The position numbers and the translations under genes were made by a program. Below are positions 63,498-64,000 of a DNA stretch of 64,000 nt, in pieces; the first letter of the stretch is position 1; every line of letters begins with the position of its first letter. The DNA is from an uncultured Thermoanaerobaculia bacterium (GTDB taxonomy: Bacteria; Acidobacteriota; UBA4820; DSQY01). Location of the stretch: positions 68,469 to 132,468 of the forward strand of contig CAZPSH010000002.1 of NCBI GenBank assembly GCA_964589625.1, in the 5' to 3' direction. The notes beneath the pieces were generated by a model, which was not told the origin of the DNA, made no database searches, and saw nothing but the letters and a program-made list of their open reading frames with translations.

Positions 63498-64000
63498 ATG
63501 GCCGTCATGGCGGTGGCGGCGGCCGTCACGTTGGCGTTGGTCGTCACCGCCTGGCAGCGCCAGGTGAGGCAGATCCGCGAGGAGGTGGGCCGGTACGCCC
63601 GCTCCGAAGGGCTGGCGGTGGCGCGGACCCTTCTCTACGACCTTGCGGCGGCCCCCTCCGTGCTCAAAGTTCACCTGCTGGAGTCCCGGTTGCTGGAGAT
63701 GCGGGCGCCCGAAGGGGCCGCGCCAGACCCGCGTCTCGTGGAGATGGTCCGGGCTCACGCCTCCCTACCCGACACGCGCATCTGGGAGCTGGCGTCGGAG
63801 GCGGGTGTCCCTGCGGCCCTCCGCGAGGTGGAAGCCGCCCGCGCTTTCTGCTATCGGGAGGAGATGGAGGCCACCGAACGGGCCCTCGAAGAGGACCTGT
63901 CGGCACGCATCTCCTTCTCCGAACACCTGAGGGGAATCCGCCTGACCTCGGCCGGAGGGCTCTTCGAGATCGAGGCGGGGGAACGCTGGGACCGCGGCCT
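63498..64000 (+). CDS. hypothetical membrane-anchored protein, 3' truncated by window end
   Basis: MAVMAVAAAVTLALVVTAW TM helix then charged coiled-coil-like region; ORF open to window end (not in ORF track because no stop). Confidence 0.3.
   Translation, partial: MAVMAVAAAVTLALVVTAWQRQVRQIREEVGRYARSEGLAVARTLLYDLAAAPSVLKVHLLESRLLEMRAPEGAAPDPRLVEMVRAHASLPDTRIWELASEAGVPAALREVEAARAFCYREEMEATERALEEDLSARISFSEHLRGIRLTSAGGLFEIEAGERWDRG

Overview
This is a ~70% GC bacterial chromosomal segment, probably from a Gram-negative soil lineage (Acidobacteria- or delta-like), and it is gene-dense with many 4-nt ATGA/GTGA stop-start overlaps. Calls rest on protein motifs read from the ORF track, start/stop arithmetic and sequence motifs seen directly; no database search was possible. 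There are no rRNA genes, CRISPR arrays, transposases or integrases.

Main content, in window order:
- **Type IV pilus block (minus strand, 4.3-19.4 kb):** pilB-pilT-pilC-pilS-pilR, with the major pilin pilA about 7 kb further on. pilA carries a near-consensus sigma-54 promoter, a candidate enhancer palindrome and its own terminator.
- **Candidate glycosylation island between pilR and pilA (1-12.1 kb):**
  - a GtrB/ArnC-like polyprenyl-phosphate sugar synthase (GT2)
  - an AsnB-type amidotransferase
  - three or four large polytopic YfhO/GT-C-like membrane proteins
  - a Zn-ribbon SAM methyltransferase
  - a transglutaminase-like protein just downstream of pilA
  
  Read together this looks like a periplasmic glycosylation system, possibly modifying pilin. 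This is the most interesting candidate in the window.
- **Pyruvate/2-oxoacid:ferredoxin oxidoreductase operon (19.7-26.8 kb, minus):** porD-porA-porB-porG is translationally coupled to NuoE/NuoF/HoxU-like diaphorase subunits, then a ferredoxin and a rubrerythrin.
- **Scattered genes (26.9-50 kb):** selA, a HAD hydrolase, a degenerate GspE/PilB-like pseudo-ATPase with an MshEN-type N-domain, icd, purH, lolA-like, rlpA, yjbQ, an LpxH-like phosphoesterase, ttcA, an orphan sigma-54 regulator, a small ferredoxin, a 980-aa outer-membrane-like protein, a 2-hydroxyacid dehydrogenase and a GT9 heptosyltransferase.
- **Minimal bacterial microcompartment locus (50.0-53.2 kb, minus):** a class II aldolase with a C-terminal encapsulation-peptide-like tail, one BMC-H and three tandem BMC-P shell genes, with no aldehyde dehydrogenase. 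It sits next to tRNA-Arg(ACG).
- **Tail of the window (53.7-64 kb, plus):** a ParA/MinD-like protein with a lysine-less Walker A fused to a J-like domain and a RodZ-like HTH, a GCS2-family ligase, and a 1618-aa PKD/IPT-repeat secreted protein with a long leader.

Non-coding signals: a ~90-nt GC-rich dispersed repeat with a strong hairpin present twice, and a (AAATCCC)5 tandem repeat with a related GGATTTCG-rich intergenic element inside the microcompartment operon.
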